64,000 nt of DNA from an uncultured delta proteobacterium (lineage in GTDB: Bacteria; Desulfobacterota; Binatia; JACPRU01): NCBI GenBank assembly GCA_963745025.1, contig CAVUWD010000008.1, positions 96,001-160,000 on the forward strand, written 5' to 3'. A program made the position numbers and the translations under genes. Positions within the stretch are counted from its first letter, which is position 1; the number at the start of each line of letters is the position of its first letter. Under the pieces are notes generated by a model, which had not been told where the DNA came from, did no database searches, and saw only the letters and a list, made by a program, of their open reading frames with translations. Positions 10,154-21,597 of this stretch are shown one piece after another.

Positions 10154-12907
10154 TCATGCCGTCGCCTCGGCTTCCGACCTTCCGCGGGCAAAATACGCAC
10201 CCTTTCCAGCCTCGAGCAGCTTTGTCGAATCGAGCATTCCGAAGAGCTGAATGAGATACGCTACCCCGCCCGTCCATCCCGTCTGGTGGCTCGCGCCCAG
10301 CCCCGCCCCGTTATCCCCGTGGAAGTACTCATAGAACAGGACGTGGTCGCGCCAGTGGGGGTCGGTCTGGAACTTCTCGTTTCCACCGTAGACGGCCCGC
10401 CGGCCACGCTCGTCGCGCAGGAAGATCCGCGTGAGCCGGTCGGAGATCTCCTTGGCGACCTCGAAGAGGTTCATCATCTTGCCTGAACCGGTCGGGCATT
10501 CGATCTTGAAGTTATCGCCGTAGTACGCGTAGAAGTTCCCGAGCGCCCTGAGAAGAATGATATTGACCGGCATCCAGACCGGCCCCCGCCAGTTGGAGTT
10601 GCCGCCGAACATGCCGGTATTTGATTCGGCCGGCAGATAGTCCACGCGGTACTCCTGGCCGCCCACGTGAAACACGTACGGGTGCTGCTCGTGGAACTTG
10701 GAGATCGAGCGGATGCCGTAGGGGCTCAGGAACTCGTTCTCATCGAGCATCTTGGAGAGGATCCGGCGCAGCCGCTCCGGGTTGACCAGGGCGAGAATCC
10801 CCCGCTCGGCCACGCCGAAATGCCCCGGGCCCGTGGGGTGGATGGACTCCAGGAGCTCGGGCATCTGGCGCAGGCGTGCATAAACCGCGGCCGCGGCCCG
10901 CGGGACGCGCTCGCGCTGCGCCTTCTCGACCACCGTCGTGGCGCACAGGGGCAGGAGCCCCACCATCGAGCGCACCTTGAGCCGCGTGGCGCTGCCGTCG
11001 GGGAGCCGCAAGAGGTCGTAGTAGAAGCCGTCCTCCTCATCCCACATGCCGTCCTGCCCGGGCTTGTTCATGGCCGCGGCGATAAAGGTGAAGTGCTCCA
11101 TGAACTTGACGACCATGTCCTCGTAGCTGGGGTCGTGGGCGGCGAGCTCCGTGGCGAGCTCGAGCATGCTCTGCGTGAAGAAGGCCATCCACGACGTGCC
11201 GTCCGCCTGCTCCAGATAGCCGCCGGTCGGCAGCGGGGCGCTCCGGTCGAAGACGCCGATGTTGTCGAGACCGAGGAAGCCGCCCTCGAAGACGTTCTTG
11301 CCGAACCGATCCTTGCGATTCACCCACCAGGTGAAGTTCAGCGCGAGCTTGTTGAAGGCGGACTTGAGGAACTCGATATCCGCCTCGCCGCGCAGGGCCA
11401 GCTCGGTGCGGTGGAGGACCAAGGTCGCAAAGGCGTGCACCGGGGGGTTCACGTCGCTGAAGTTCCACTCATAGGCGGGGATCTGGCCGCTGGGGTGGAG
11501 GTACATCCCGCCGAGCATCAGTTTGAGCTGCTGCTTGGCGAAGTCGGGGTCCACGATCCCGATCGGCAGCGTGTGGAAGGCGAGGTCCCAGGCCGCGTAC
11601 CAGGGGTACTCCCACTTGTCGGGCATGGAGATAATGTCGTCGTTGATCATGTGGAACCACTCCCGGTTCCGGAAGTCGCGGCTGCCGCGATGGAGGGGGT
11701 GGGCGTGGTGCTCCTCCAGCCACGCATTGCCGTCCCAGTAGTAGTACTGCTTAGACCAGAGCATGCCGGCGATGGCCTGGCGCATCACATTGGCGGCATC
11801 CGGGGAGACCGATGGCGGAGTCACCGACTCGTAGAACGCGTCAGCCTCCCGCAGGCGGGCGGCCACTGTCTCGTCGAAGTCTTTCCCGAAGGGGACGGCG
11901 CCCCCTTCTGTCGGCGTGCGCGACCCGGCCGGAGCCTGGGCGGTGAGACGCAGCCGCACCGTCGCCGAGCGGCCGGGGCCGATCTTCAGCCGGTAGTGCG
12001 CGGCGGCCTTGGTGCCGCGCCGCTCGGGATTCACCCTCTCGTGCTGACCCTGGACCACGTAGTCGCTGATGCCGTCCTTGAGGTACGGGCCCACGTCCGG
12101 GTAGTCGAGGTGGAGTTTGGCGTGGTTGGTCGAGTTCTCGGTAAAGAGCAGCGGCGCATCACCTTCGCAGTACAGGCAGTACGACCCCAGTACGGGATGG
12201 GTTGCCGCAATGGTACTCGCGCCTGCCCGTCCCTCGAGCTGATTGAGCATCGGCTTCTCGGCGGGGTGGGTGATCCACGACGCCCAGTCGTTGCGGAACC
12301 ACAGGGTCGGCAGCACGTGCAGCTCGGCCTCCTCCGGTCCCCGATTGGCTGCCGTGATCTGCACCAGGATGTCTTCTGGGCCCGCCTTGGCGTATTCCAC
12401 GAAGACATCAAAATACCGGTCCCGCTCGAAAACCCCGGTGTCGAGGAGCTCGTACTCCATCTCGTTGCGGCTGCGCCGCCGGTTCGTCTCCACCAGGTCG
12501 GCGTAGGGATACGGTGCCTGCGGGTACTTGTATAGGAATTTCATGTACGAGTGGGTCGGCGTGCTGTCGAGGTAGAAGTAGTACTCCTTGACGTCCTCGC
12601 CGTGGTTGCCTTCGCTGTTCGTGAGCCCGAAGAGCCGCTCCTTCAGGATCGGGTCTTTGCCGTTCCACAGGGCGAGGGCGAAGCAGAGGCGCTGCTTGTC
12701 GTCGGAGATCCCGCCCAGGCCGTCCTCGCCCCAGCGATACGCCCGGGAACGGGCGTGATCATGGGTGAAGAAGTTCCAGGCATCTCCGTTTGCGCTGTAA
12801 TCCTCGCGCACCGTCCCCCACTGCCGGTCCGAGAGATACGGTCCCCATTTCCGCCAGGGAACCTCCTTGGTGCGGGCTTCTTCCAGACGACCATGCTCGA
12901 CGTCCAC
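10154..12907 (-). CDS. GH63 / MGH1-like glucosidase
   Basis: [48 protein letters not shown]. Confidence 0.93.
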   Translation of the reverse strand: MDVEHGRLEEARTKEVPWRKWGPYLSDRQWGTVREDYSANGDAWNFFTHDHARSRAYRWGEDGLGGISDDKQRLCFALALWNGKDPILKERLFGLTNSEGNHGEDVKEYYFYLDSTPTHSYMKFLYKYPQAPYPYADLVETNRRRSRNEMEYELLDTGVFERDRYFDVFVEYAKAGPEDILVQITAANRGPEEAELHVLPTLWFRNDWASWITHPAEKPMLNQLEGRAGASTIAATHPVLGSYCLYCEGDAPLLFTENSTNHAKLHLDYPDVGPYLKDGISDYVVQGQHERVNPERRGTKAAAHYRLKIGPGRSATVRLRLTAQAPAGSRTPTEGGAVPFGKDFDETVAARLREADAFYESVTPPSVSPDAANVMRQAIAGMLWSKQYYYWDGNAWLEEHHAHPLHRGSRDFRNREWFHMINDDIISMPDKWEYPWYAAWDLAFHTLPIGIVDPDFAKQQLKLMLGGMYLHPSGQIPAYEWNFSDVNPPVHAFATLVLHRTELALRGEADIEFLKSAFNKLALNFTWWVNRKDRFGKNVFEGGFLGLDNIGVFDRSAPLPTGGYLEQADGTSWMAFFTQSMLELATELAAHDPSYEDMVVKFMEHFTFIAAAMNKPGQDGMWDEEDGFYYDLLRLPDGSATRLKVRSMVGLLPLCATTVVEKAQRERVPRAAAAVYARLRQMPELLESIHPTGPGHFGVAERGILALVNPERLRRILSKMLDENEFLSPYGIRSISKFHEQHPYVFHVGGQEYRVDYLPAESNTGMFGGNSNWRGPVWMPVNIILLRALGNFYAYYGDNFKIECPTGSGKMMNLFEVAKEISDRLTRIFLRDERGRRAVYGGNEKFQTDPHWRDHVLFYEYFHGDNGAGLGASHQTGWTGGVAYLIQLFGMLDSTKLLEAGKGAYFARGRSEAEATA

Positions 12908-12974
12908 CTGTTGCCTCCTTCACTTCCCGACCTCTTGTCCTTCGTTCGTTTCCGCGCTCCGGGCGGACCGGGAA

Positions 12975-13002
12975 TAGGCCGTATTAGCTAGGCCGTATTA
13001 GC
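12975..13002. repeat. Perfect 14-bp tandem duplication
   Basis: taggccgtattagc x2 upstream of the glucosidase. Confidence 0.85.
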
Positions 13003-13255
13003 GCCCTCTAAGGCTCGACCACAAACGCGCAAAGCCCCACTGCTGCCCCGGAATGTCCCTTTTCTGCGGAGCACACAAGGCGCTTGTCAACCAGCTCGGG
13101 CTGAAGTGATGGTGTTCCTGTCGCCCCTAGCGCTGGGCACGTAGCGCGAGCCGCTGAGCGGCTATAGAAACGCCACCCGTGGCGTTTCCGGGGAGTTTTA
13201 AGGGCTTTCCGGAGCAGCCTAGACCGGAAATTCTGTTGGATTCTCGGAGACGACT

Positions 13256-13360
13256 ACGGGTTCAAATCCCGTCGGGGACGTGAACCATCTTCGCAGGGCT
13301 GCCGCAACTAGGATACCACCTCTGCGGTGGCCGGCTCGGCGACTTTCCCTGAGCGTTGCC
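13256..13360 (+). repeat. tRNA-Glu-like 3' fragment plus relic integrase 3' end
   Basis: acgggttcaaatcccgtcggggacg then homology to 4193-4272. Confidence 0.8.
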
Positions 13361-13362
13361 GC

Positions 13363-13623
13363 TCACCACACGCCACGTAACAGGCGCCAGGGTACCGCCT
13401 GCATATAGGCGCGATAGGCGTCCCCGCGCGCCGTAATGAGGCGGCCTTCCTCGATCGGGATGAAGAAGATGAACGTCGCGCCGATCATCAGGCTCCACAG
13501 AAGTTGGCCGAGATTACAGTGCAGGAAAAGAGTGCAGACGGCCGCGCCGGTGGCGGCCCGGTACATCGGGTGACGGACTTGGGCGTACTGTCCCTCGGTC
13601 AACAGAGGAGTCTGGCCTTCCAT
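13363..13623 (-). pseudogene. Isoprenylcysteine methyltransferase-family C-terminal fragment
   Basis: L-TEG-YA-VRHPMY, IPIEEGRL...YRAY motifs; no N-terminus. Confidence 0.75.
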
Positions 13624-13869
13624 ACGGTCTCCTTGGCGCTGGCGGGGCTGTCTACATCCTCAACCGCGAACGCGTCCATCCGCTGAATATTCCGTTCACG
13701 GAGGCGATCAAGTCCATCTCCCGTTGGGGTTCGGGAGCGAAGGACCTGGTAGCCGCCATGGAGTCACCGAAAACTTGACGCTCTCTTCATCCTTGGACAA
13801 GTCGGAATTCTCCGCCGCCGTTATCCGCCGTGTCCTGGGAATGCTCAGCGCACCGAGGAACGATCCGTT

Positions 13870-13985
13870 CATATCCAGCGTTCGCCTGCCGACGAGGCCG
13901 ATCGCCGGCATCGGCAGCTGCCGCCCTCCCGTGGCGAGCGGCCAAGAAGCTGCCGCACCACCCAGCAAACGACAACTGCGACGTC
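13870..13985 (-). pseudogene. ABC substrate-binding protein N-terminal fragment
   Basis: LLGGAAASWPLA...MPAIGL signal-type sequence. Confidence 0.5.
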
Positions 13986-13991
13986 TCAGAA

Positions 13992-15726
13992 CTATTTCCG
14001 ATCAAAATGCCACGAGCCATCCCAATCGGCGGCAAGCGGACTTTTCTCTAAGCTCTCGACCCGGCTCAATAGTGTCATCGAGGGCCCGTCGCCGGGGACG
14101 GCTTCGAGTGCCGCAGCAAAGGAGCGGCGCGCTTCATCCCAGCGACCCGCTCGATACGCGACAACACCCTCAGAATACCGAGTCCGCAACATACTTTCTT
14201 CCGGCCTTAGTTCCCCCTTTCGGCCCATGATCTCAAACACGACCTGCGGCCGCGTCTGGCCAACCACTACCACGCGATCAATTTCGCGCACCTCAATGGC
14301 TGTTCCGGCGGCAGCGATAGTGGCTTCCGAGACCAAGGATCGACTGCCGTATGCCTTGTTCGCCGTCTCGAGCCGCGCCGCGAGATTCACCGTGTCACCC
14401 ATGACGGTGTAGCTCATCATAAATTCCGAACCGATGCTGCCGACCAGCGCTTCGCCGGTGGCGATACCGATCCGAATGTCGCATTCTATGGGCATGGCAC
14501 GCACCCCCAGCAGTTCAGGCAGCTCCTTACGCAACGTCGCTACTCGATCAATCATGTCGATCGCGGCCAGACATGCGAAACGGGCCTGGTCTGTTTCTTC
14601 GATAAATGGGGCACCCCAGTATGCCATTATGGCATCACCAATGTACTTGTCGATGATGCCCCGATGATTGCGAATTGGTTCCGACATGGTCGCCAGGTAG
14701 CGGTTCATGACTTTGACGAGACCCTGTGGCGTCATGCCTTCGCTCAGGGCTGTGAACCCCTTCATGTCGCAGAACATAACGGTCATGATCCGACGCCGAC
14801 CCTCAGTGGCAGCCAACGCCGGCTGATCAATCAATCCTTCCACGACCCGCGGGTCGATGTATCTGCCGAAGGTTTCACGGATTCGCTCGTTGTGACGCAA
14901 TTGCTCGATCATGCGATTAAACGCCGTCGACAGTTGGCCTATCTCGTCCCGAGTGGTGACATCGATGGATCTACCTAGATGTCCGGCTTCGACGTCTCGT
15001 GTGCCCTCTAGCAAGCGCTGAACCGGACGGGTGATGCCACTGCTGACGAGTGTCGCGACAGCCAGCCCGACGATTGCAGCGAGTCGCTGTCACAATCGCA
15101 GAGATCACTATCGCGCGTCGCTGACCGCCCATCGCGGTCGAGGCGCTGGCAATGACCTGTTTCAGCATGTCAGCTCGGATCGTATCGATCTTCTGGTTGA
15201 ATTCGTCGCGAAGTGAATCTACTCGCGCGAGGCCCAGTCTGACTTCCGCGAAATCCCGCGCTTCGAGATGGGAAAGTAGTTGGGATATCTCTTGATTCAT
15301 ACGACGGCGGAGATCATTGCTTGCGGCATCGATTCGTGTCTCGATACGCGCCAGCGCAGCATTATCTGAGGGCGTGCTGACGTCATCGATGATCGCGATG
15401 ATGAGCTTACGCGCGGCCTCCGATTCCTGATCGATTTCGGGACCATTCTGTTCAAACATCTTCAGACGAGCGGCATAGTCTGTTTCATCTGGCGGAATCT
15501 GCATTTTGGCGATGACCATCCGGCGAAGCGCCAGGGCGCGTTCTAGTGACCGGACATTCATCCGTGCCAAATGACTATAGGCCGGGACGTATTTGGTCGT
15601 CAACTCATCGAGCAATTGACCGACTCTGGCCGCCATTAGCATCGACAGCGCCGACGTGATCACCATCAGAACGATCAGTCCAACGGCTATACTGACGATT
15701 TTCCTCTTGATTGATCGCCGGAACAT
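13992..15726 (-). pseudogene. HAMP-adenylate/guanylate cyclase, frameshifted near 15085
   Basis: Sensor ORF 14971-15726 plus HAMP (DEIGQLS-AFN-M) and cyclase (DKYIGDA, GDTVNLAARLE) ORF. Confidence 0.88.
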
Positions 15727-16564
15727 CAAAGGGCGCTCGTTGGCGTCATACGTCTCAGCTGAGGGGCGTCTGACCTGCCCGGCAAGGCGATGGCAGTATC
15801 GCAACCGTATGCGAGTGTGCAACGGAGTATAGTGTGGCTCTTGCCGTGTGGAAACTCGTGCATCGGGCTAGGGTAACGAGCGCAATCCGCCAAGGGACAT
15901 CCGGTCATAAGTTTCGAGCATTTTCGAGCTTCATCATGCTCAGTGCCACCAAGACGCGACAGAAGGACGCCTAAGAGCAACACGCCGCTCAGCGCCAATC
16001 GCCCCTTAAATATCATCGTCGTTGTGCCTCTTCCCGATGGCGATAGATCGGGACGCTCTCGGAGATTCGACTGTATTGGCGAGGCAACCGCACACTCAAT
16101 GGCTCGCCCCAGCGCATATCACCGATCTGTTCGTACAGGGAAACGCTCAACCGAGCGGGACGGCAAGAGCCGGTCACCGTAGAGCGATGCGGCGCACTCC
16201 TCGATTGTCTCGGGTTCGCCTGTGTGGAGTGAGCCCAGCGCACGACTCTTCTCGGATTCGAGTCCGGCGATGTGCGCGCTCGAATACTCAACAACGCCGC
16301 CGTTGCCGATCTCGATCGGCCCGTCGCCACTCCCTGTCGTCGGTCACCAGGCGCGACGGGCACTGGGAGGTCGCCGAAACGTCTCAGAAGGGGCGGGCTG
16401 TGCCCGAACTGTGCCAACCACGCGGGCTACTCGACCACGCGGTGTCCGTTTGCGGGGGCGTGGGCGACTTTGCTCCTGTGAATCCCTTCCTGCCCTGGAC
16501 GAACGCAGGCTCGGCGGCGAGTCGACACGATCGGGCCGACGAGACTAAATAGAAGCGCAGAGCG

Positions 16565-17290
16565 ATGCCGAACCTGTACAATCTCGGGGACCGCGCGACC
16601 AGCCGATCGCAACGAGCGCTGCAGGCCGTGCGCTCGCACGTGCAGCCGGGCTCGTTCCCGCTGCTCCTCGTTGCGGGCCTGCTCGCCTACATATTGAACG
16701 GGCTGGCGGCCGACTCGACCGCAAGTGCGATACTCGTGCAGGTCGGCCGCGCCGGTGTGATCTGCGCGGGCCTCTACGTGCTGAGCGCAAACCGCGTCAC
16801 GGTGTGGCTCGGGGTCTTAGTGACGGGGCTCTTCATCACGCTCCAAGCTCGGTTGTGGCCGCTCGATCCGCAGGTCAGGCGGGTGTTGGAGGATTCGGTC
16901 GCGATGGGCTTCGTCTTCTGGGTCCTCGTCGTCGTGCTTCGCGAGGTCTTCCGTTCCACCACGACGGAGAGGAACGCGATCGTCGGGGCGCTGTGCGGCT
17001 TCGTGCTCATCGTCTCGGTCTTCACGCGTCTGCACAGCCTGATCGAGGCGCTGTGGCCGGGCTCGTATCACACGGACGGTCCGCCGCTTTTGGAGCGCTC
17101 GGACATGATGCTGACCGCCGTCTTCCAGTACTTCAGCACCATCACCGTAACCACGGTCGGGTTCGGTGACATCGTTCCCGTCACGCCAGCCGCCAGGCTC
17201 GCGACGGGGCTGGAGGCGATCGTGGGTCAGCTCTACCTGGCGGTCGTGATCGCGACCCTCGTCGGGCGGGTCGCCGCTCGCCGAGACTGA
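16565..17290 (+). CDS. Potassium channel family membrane protein
   Basis: YFSTITVTTVGFGDIVP pore motif. Confidence 0.9.
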   Translation: MPNLYNLGDRATSRSQRALQAVRSHVQPGSFPLLLVAGLLAYILNGLAADSTASAILVQVGRAGVICAGLYVLSANRVTVWLGVLVTGLFITLQARLWPLDPQVRRVLEDSVAMGFVFWVLVVVLREVFRSTTTERNAIVGALCGFVLIVSVFTRLHSLIEALWPGSYHTDGPPLLERSDMMLTAVFQYFSTITVTTVGFGDIVPVTPAARLATGLEAIVGQLYLAVVIATLVGRVAARRD

Positions 17291-17329
17291 CGTCACGCCG
17301 TGGCGTCGTTGTCACGCTGGGGCGACCCC

Positions 17330-17720
17330 CTGCTGTCCAAGACAGTTCTGAAGGGGTACGGCGTCCATCGTGATGTTCGGGATTTTTGGCGGACAGGAGC
17401 ACGAATGCGGCGGCCAGGCCCCCGGTCTGCTGTCCAGGATTCAGGCAAGGGCAGCTCTGCCTGAAGCGGCTCGGGAATCTCGGGCGGCGTCTCGAAGGGA
17501 CGATCCAGCCAGGACCACAGATCGCGGTGAACGAAGAGATTCATGCGCAACAGCGCCACGAGATTGGAGAGCGACCAGCCAAGCGCGATCGCAACTGCAG
17601 GAAGTGAAGGACGAGGATGGCGATCAGCGCCGTCCAGATCTGCACGCGAAGCGCATTCGGCGAGGTGCCGACGAAGGTTTTGATCTTGAGATTCTGCTTG
17701 AGCGCCTTGAAGAAGGGTTC
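17330..17720 (-). mobile_element. IS4-family transposase C-terminal remnant
   Basis: FFKALKQNLKIKTFVGTSPNALRVQIWTALI; LRMNLFVHRDLWSWLD. Confidence 0.85.
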
Positions 17721-17894
17721 GAAGCGGCGCGTGCGCACACGGGTAGCCGCCGTGGCCGAGGATGATCTAGATCGACGGGGGCCAGACCGTACGTCGCGGC
17801 GGTCGCCACCGAGCTGCGCGCCATTGCCCCATAGGTACTTCTCCATCGCCGCTGCACCGCCGTCGGTGCCGGCGTCGGCGGCGTCGACGGCGGA

Positions 17895-18017
17895 CACCGC
17901 GTGCTCGCTTCGCAGTTGCTCCATCCCTTCGCGGCTCGTCGGCGCCTCTCCGCGTGCCACGACCTTCCCATCCTCGTCTTCGATGACGAACACGCTCTGC
18001 TTGCTGTGAACGTCTAG
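17895..18017 (-). pseudogene. Second IS110-family transposase, N-terminal fragment
   Basis: LDVHSKQSVFVIEDEDGKVVARGE; joins in frame to 35352-35373. Confidence 0.8.
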
Positions 18018-19933
18018 TCAGAAGTTCCTCGACTTCCCAGTCTTGAAGTCTGGAGGAAGGGTCGAGGAGTCAGGGGGTTAGCGATTTTATGCCCCTGCAT
18101 TGTGTAGCCATGTAGATTCGTGTGTGTGGCTTGAAAAGATGGCATCAATGTGTATAATGCACCCATGCATGTCGATGTGGTGCCGAACCGCGGTTCTCGC
18201 CCGGCGTATCTGCTGCGTGAATCGTTCCGCGAAGGCGCCAAAGTCAGAAAGCGCACCCTCGCCAACCTCTCCTCCCTGCCCGATGAGCAGATCTTCGCCA
18301 TCCGTGCGATCTTGCGAGGCGAGAAGCTTCACCCCGCCGATGAGCTCTTCGAGGCCATTGCCTCGAGGCCTCACGGTCACATCGAAGCCGTGCGTGTAGC
18401 CATGCAGCAACTCGGTTTCGAGCCGCTCGTGGCCTCACGTGGGTGTCGGGAGCGCGATCTGGTGTGCGCGATGGTGGCCGCTCGCATCATCGCCCCGCAC
18501 ACCAAGCTCGCCACCACCCGCTGGTGGCACACCACCACCTTGGCCGAGGACCTCCGTGTGGCCGATGCCGACGAGGACGATCTCTACGCGGCGATGGACT
18601 GGCTGCTCGAGCGTCAGGGGACGATCGAGAAGAAGCTCGCCACGCGCCATCTCGGCGAGGGGAGCCTGGTGCTGTACGACTTGAGCTCGAGCTACTTCGA
18701 GGGGACGACCTGTTCGCTGGCCAAGCTCGGGCACGATCGCGACGGCAAGAAGGGCAAGCTGCAGGTGAACTACGGGCTGCTCACCGATCGGCGTGGTTGC
18801 CCGGTGGCGGTGTCGGTCTACGACGGCAATACCAGCGACCCCAAGACCCTCATGCCGCAAGTCCACAAGCTCAAGAAGGACTTCGGCATCCAGACCCTGG
18901 TCCTGGTCGGCGACCGAGGGATGATTTCACAGAAGGCCATCGACGAGCTGCGGGAGCAGGACCAAGTCGCCTGGATCACGGCGCTCAAGACCCGTCAGAT
19001 TCGAGCGCTGGTGGAAGGGGGGCAGCTTCAGCTCGGGCTCTTCGACGAGAAGAACCTCTTCGAGCTCTCGCACCCGGACTTTCCTGCCGAGCGCCTGATC
19101 GCATGCCGCAACCCGCAGCTAGCGAAGCTGCGCAATCACAAGCGGCAGTCCCTGCTCGATGCCACCGAGAAGGAGCTCGAGAAGGTCAGGGGCATGGTCG
19201 AGCGGGGGCGCCTTTCGGGCCGCGACGCTATCGGCGTGCGCGTGGGCAAGGTCGTCAACAAGTACAAGGTCGCCAAGCACTTCGCGCTCGACATCGAGGA
19301 GCACCGCTTCGGCTTCCATCGGCTCGAGGACGACATCGCTTCGGAAGCGGCCCTCGACGGCATCTACATCATCCGCACGAGCCTCGGGAAAAAGCAGATG
19401 ACGGCCGCCGACTGCGTGCGTAACTACAAGTCCCTGGCTCAGGTCGAGCGGGCGTTTCGATCGCTGAAGACCATCGATCTGAAGATCCGCCCCATCCACC
19501 ATCACCTCGCCGACCGCGTCAGAAGCCACATCTTCCTCTGCATGCTCGCCTACTATGTCGAGTGGCACATGCGAGAGGCCTGGCGCCCCTTGCTCTTCGC
19601 CGACGAGGATCCACTCGCCAAGACCGCCAAGCGCTCCGCGGCCGCCGAGGCCAAGGCCGCCTCTCATCTCCTCGACGACGGCACCCCCGCCCACAGCTTC
19701 TCCACCCTTCAACAGGAACTCGCCACCATCGTCCGCAACACCTGCCGCGCCCCCCACGCCGGCGACGACGCCCCAACCTTCAAGATCACCACTACTCCCA
19801 ACCCGAAGCAGCGTCGCGCCCTCGAACTCCTCAACGCCATCCACTTGTAGACAGAAACTCGCACACCTGATTCGGTCTATCTCCCCGAATCATGAAAGGA
19901 TTCCGCTCGAACCAGCGGGGAACTTTAGTCTAG
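18014..19933 (+). mobile_element. IS1634-family element copy 1 (transposase 18150-19850)
   Basis: LYDLSSSYFEG, VGDRGM, VERAFRSLK; imperfect terminal IRs ending in CTAG; 21-bp in-frame deletion relative to copy 2. Confidence 0.93.
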
Positions 19934-19934
19934 C

Positions 19935-20375
19935 CTCGACGGACAGTATGCCAATCTCGAGCAGCCGACCTCTGTCGTCTTCAACGGACGCCCCGAGGCC
20001 CTCTACGGACAGCGCGCGATCGGAGTGCTCGGCGGCCCGATCCGGGCCGGAGAAACGGTGCGGCTCTTCGTGGGTGACATCGGTCCGAACCTCGCCTCGA
20101 GCTTTCACATGATCGGCGCGATGTTCGACAAGGTCTACGTCGAAGGATCGTTCGGCCTGGTGAACACGGACGTGCAGATCACGCTGATCCTGTCTGGTGG
20201 AGCGGTCGCCGTGGAGACGAAGTTCGTGATCCCCGGCGACTACCTGATCGTTGACCACTCGATCTTTCGACTCCACAAGGGGGCCTCCGCAGTCGTCCAC
20301 GTCGAGGGTCCTGAGAACAAGTCGATCTTCGAGCCAAAGGGCTACAGCGAGGGAATCCGAGAGGGGATCCAGTAG
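19935..20375 (+). pseudogene. nirK: Copper nitrite reductase (NirK/AniA type), 3' part only
   Basis: VVFNG, GETVRLFVG-GPNL-SSFH-IG-FDKVY, PGDYLIVDHS-FR; truncated by IS1634. Confidence 0.88.
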
Positions 20376-20436
20376 GCGGCCGAAGCGACGGCGATCCAAT
20401 GCCGACGCGACAACTGCGACGCGCAGGAGGGAGCAC

Positions 20437-20934
20437 CTGCCCAAACTCATTCACGGGTTCCTGAGTCGGGACCATAAGCGGCTCGACGCGCTGCTCGCTC
20501 GGGCGACCTCTGCCCACGAGAACATCGACATGGCTGCCTACGACGAGTTTCGCGCAGGCCTGCTCAGGCACATCGCGATGGAGGAGAAGGTTCTCCTCCC
20601 CGCCGTGCAGGAGTCGCACGGCGGCCTGCCCCTGCCGGTCGCAAAGCGATTGCGCCTCGTTCACGGCGCGTTGGCGGCGCTGCTGGTGCCGACCCCGACT
20701 GCCGCGATTGTGGCGACGATCCAACGCATCCTGAGGGAACACAAACGAGTCGAAGAGAGGCCGGGAGGCGTCTACGAGACCTGCGAGCGGCTGGCCGGCT
20801 CCGGCGTTGAGAACCTGCTCTTGCGTCTGCGAGCAGTGTCCGCGGTTCCGGTCGCCAGGCACAAGGACGGCCCCCTTGTGATGGACGCCGCCCGCCGGGC
20901 CCTCCTGCGGGCTGGCTACAGCCTCGATCAATGA
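20437..20934 (+). CDS. Hemerythrin-domain protein
   Basis: DHKRLD, LLRHIAMEEKVLLP, REHKRVEE; CTG start after aggagg. Confidence 0.8.
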   Translation: MPKLIHGFLSRDHKRLDALLARATSAHENIDMAAYDEFRAGLLRHIAMEEKVLLPAVQESHGGLPLPVAKRLRLVHGALAALLVPTPTAAIVATIQRILREHKRVEERPGGVYETCERLAGSGVENLLLRLRAVSAVPVARHKDGPLVMDAARRALLRAGYSLDQ

Positions 20935-21288
20935 TCCCGCGAGGCATCGACTCCGTGTAGAGCTATGGTTCGCCTTCGGGTGATCGAGGCCGGAGATTCG
21001 TTCCGCGGGGTTGATGGCGGTGGGCTTTGGCGACCACAGCAATCATCTTCTGACCGCAAAACACCCGCATCGGTAAAGAGCTAGAAGCGTCGGGGCGACC
21101 TCCGAATCTGGAGGTCGAAACTAGGACGCTCGCTGCTCGAGGAATGGCGCGATGCCGACGCCGCCCGCACCGAGCCGCCGCGGGTTTTGTCGATGCACTT
21201 TCGGCAAAGAGAAGCGCAACCATGATGACCCGCGCCGCACGCGGCCTTTCAACGCCGAGGCCTACGCCGCGCGAGCGCATTGACGCGC

Positions 21289-21597
21289 TCAGGCGTACCG
21301 AGGGATCGGGCCGTTGTGCGGTGTCGTGCGACCAGAGAAATCGAAAGAGACCTCGTCGACATAGCACCAGCCCCAACCTTCCGGCGGGTCATAGCCTTCG
21401 ATGATGGGATGACGGGTAGCGTGGAAGTGCTTGGTGGCGTGACGGTTCGGCGAGCTGTCGCAACAGCCCACATGGCCGCACGTCCGGCAGAGGCGAAGAT
21501 GGACCCACACCGAACCGATTTTCAGACACTCCTCGCAACCCAGCGCGCTGGGGGTCACCTGGCGGATGCTCGCCGTATGGGTGCATTCCTTATCCAT
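21289..21597 (-). CDS. UBP-type zinc finger protein
   Basis: CEECL...HLRLCRTCGHVGCCDSSPNRHATKH. Confidence 0.92.
   Translation of the reverse strand: MDKECTHTASIRQVTPSALGCEECLKIGSVWVHLRLCRTCGHVGCCDSSPNRHATKHFHATRHPIIEGYDPPEGWGWCYVDEVSFDFSGRTTPHNGPIPRYA

Noticed and set aside
10667-12535. Long antisense ORFs (also 25443-27479, 62644-63927, 49601-50674)
   Set aside because: Shadow frames of real high-GC genes on the opposite strand
12975-13002. Regulatory operator repeat
   Set aside because: Perfect adjacent duplication is more simply explained by slippage; no cognate regulator nearby
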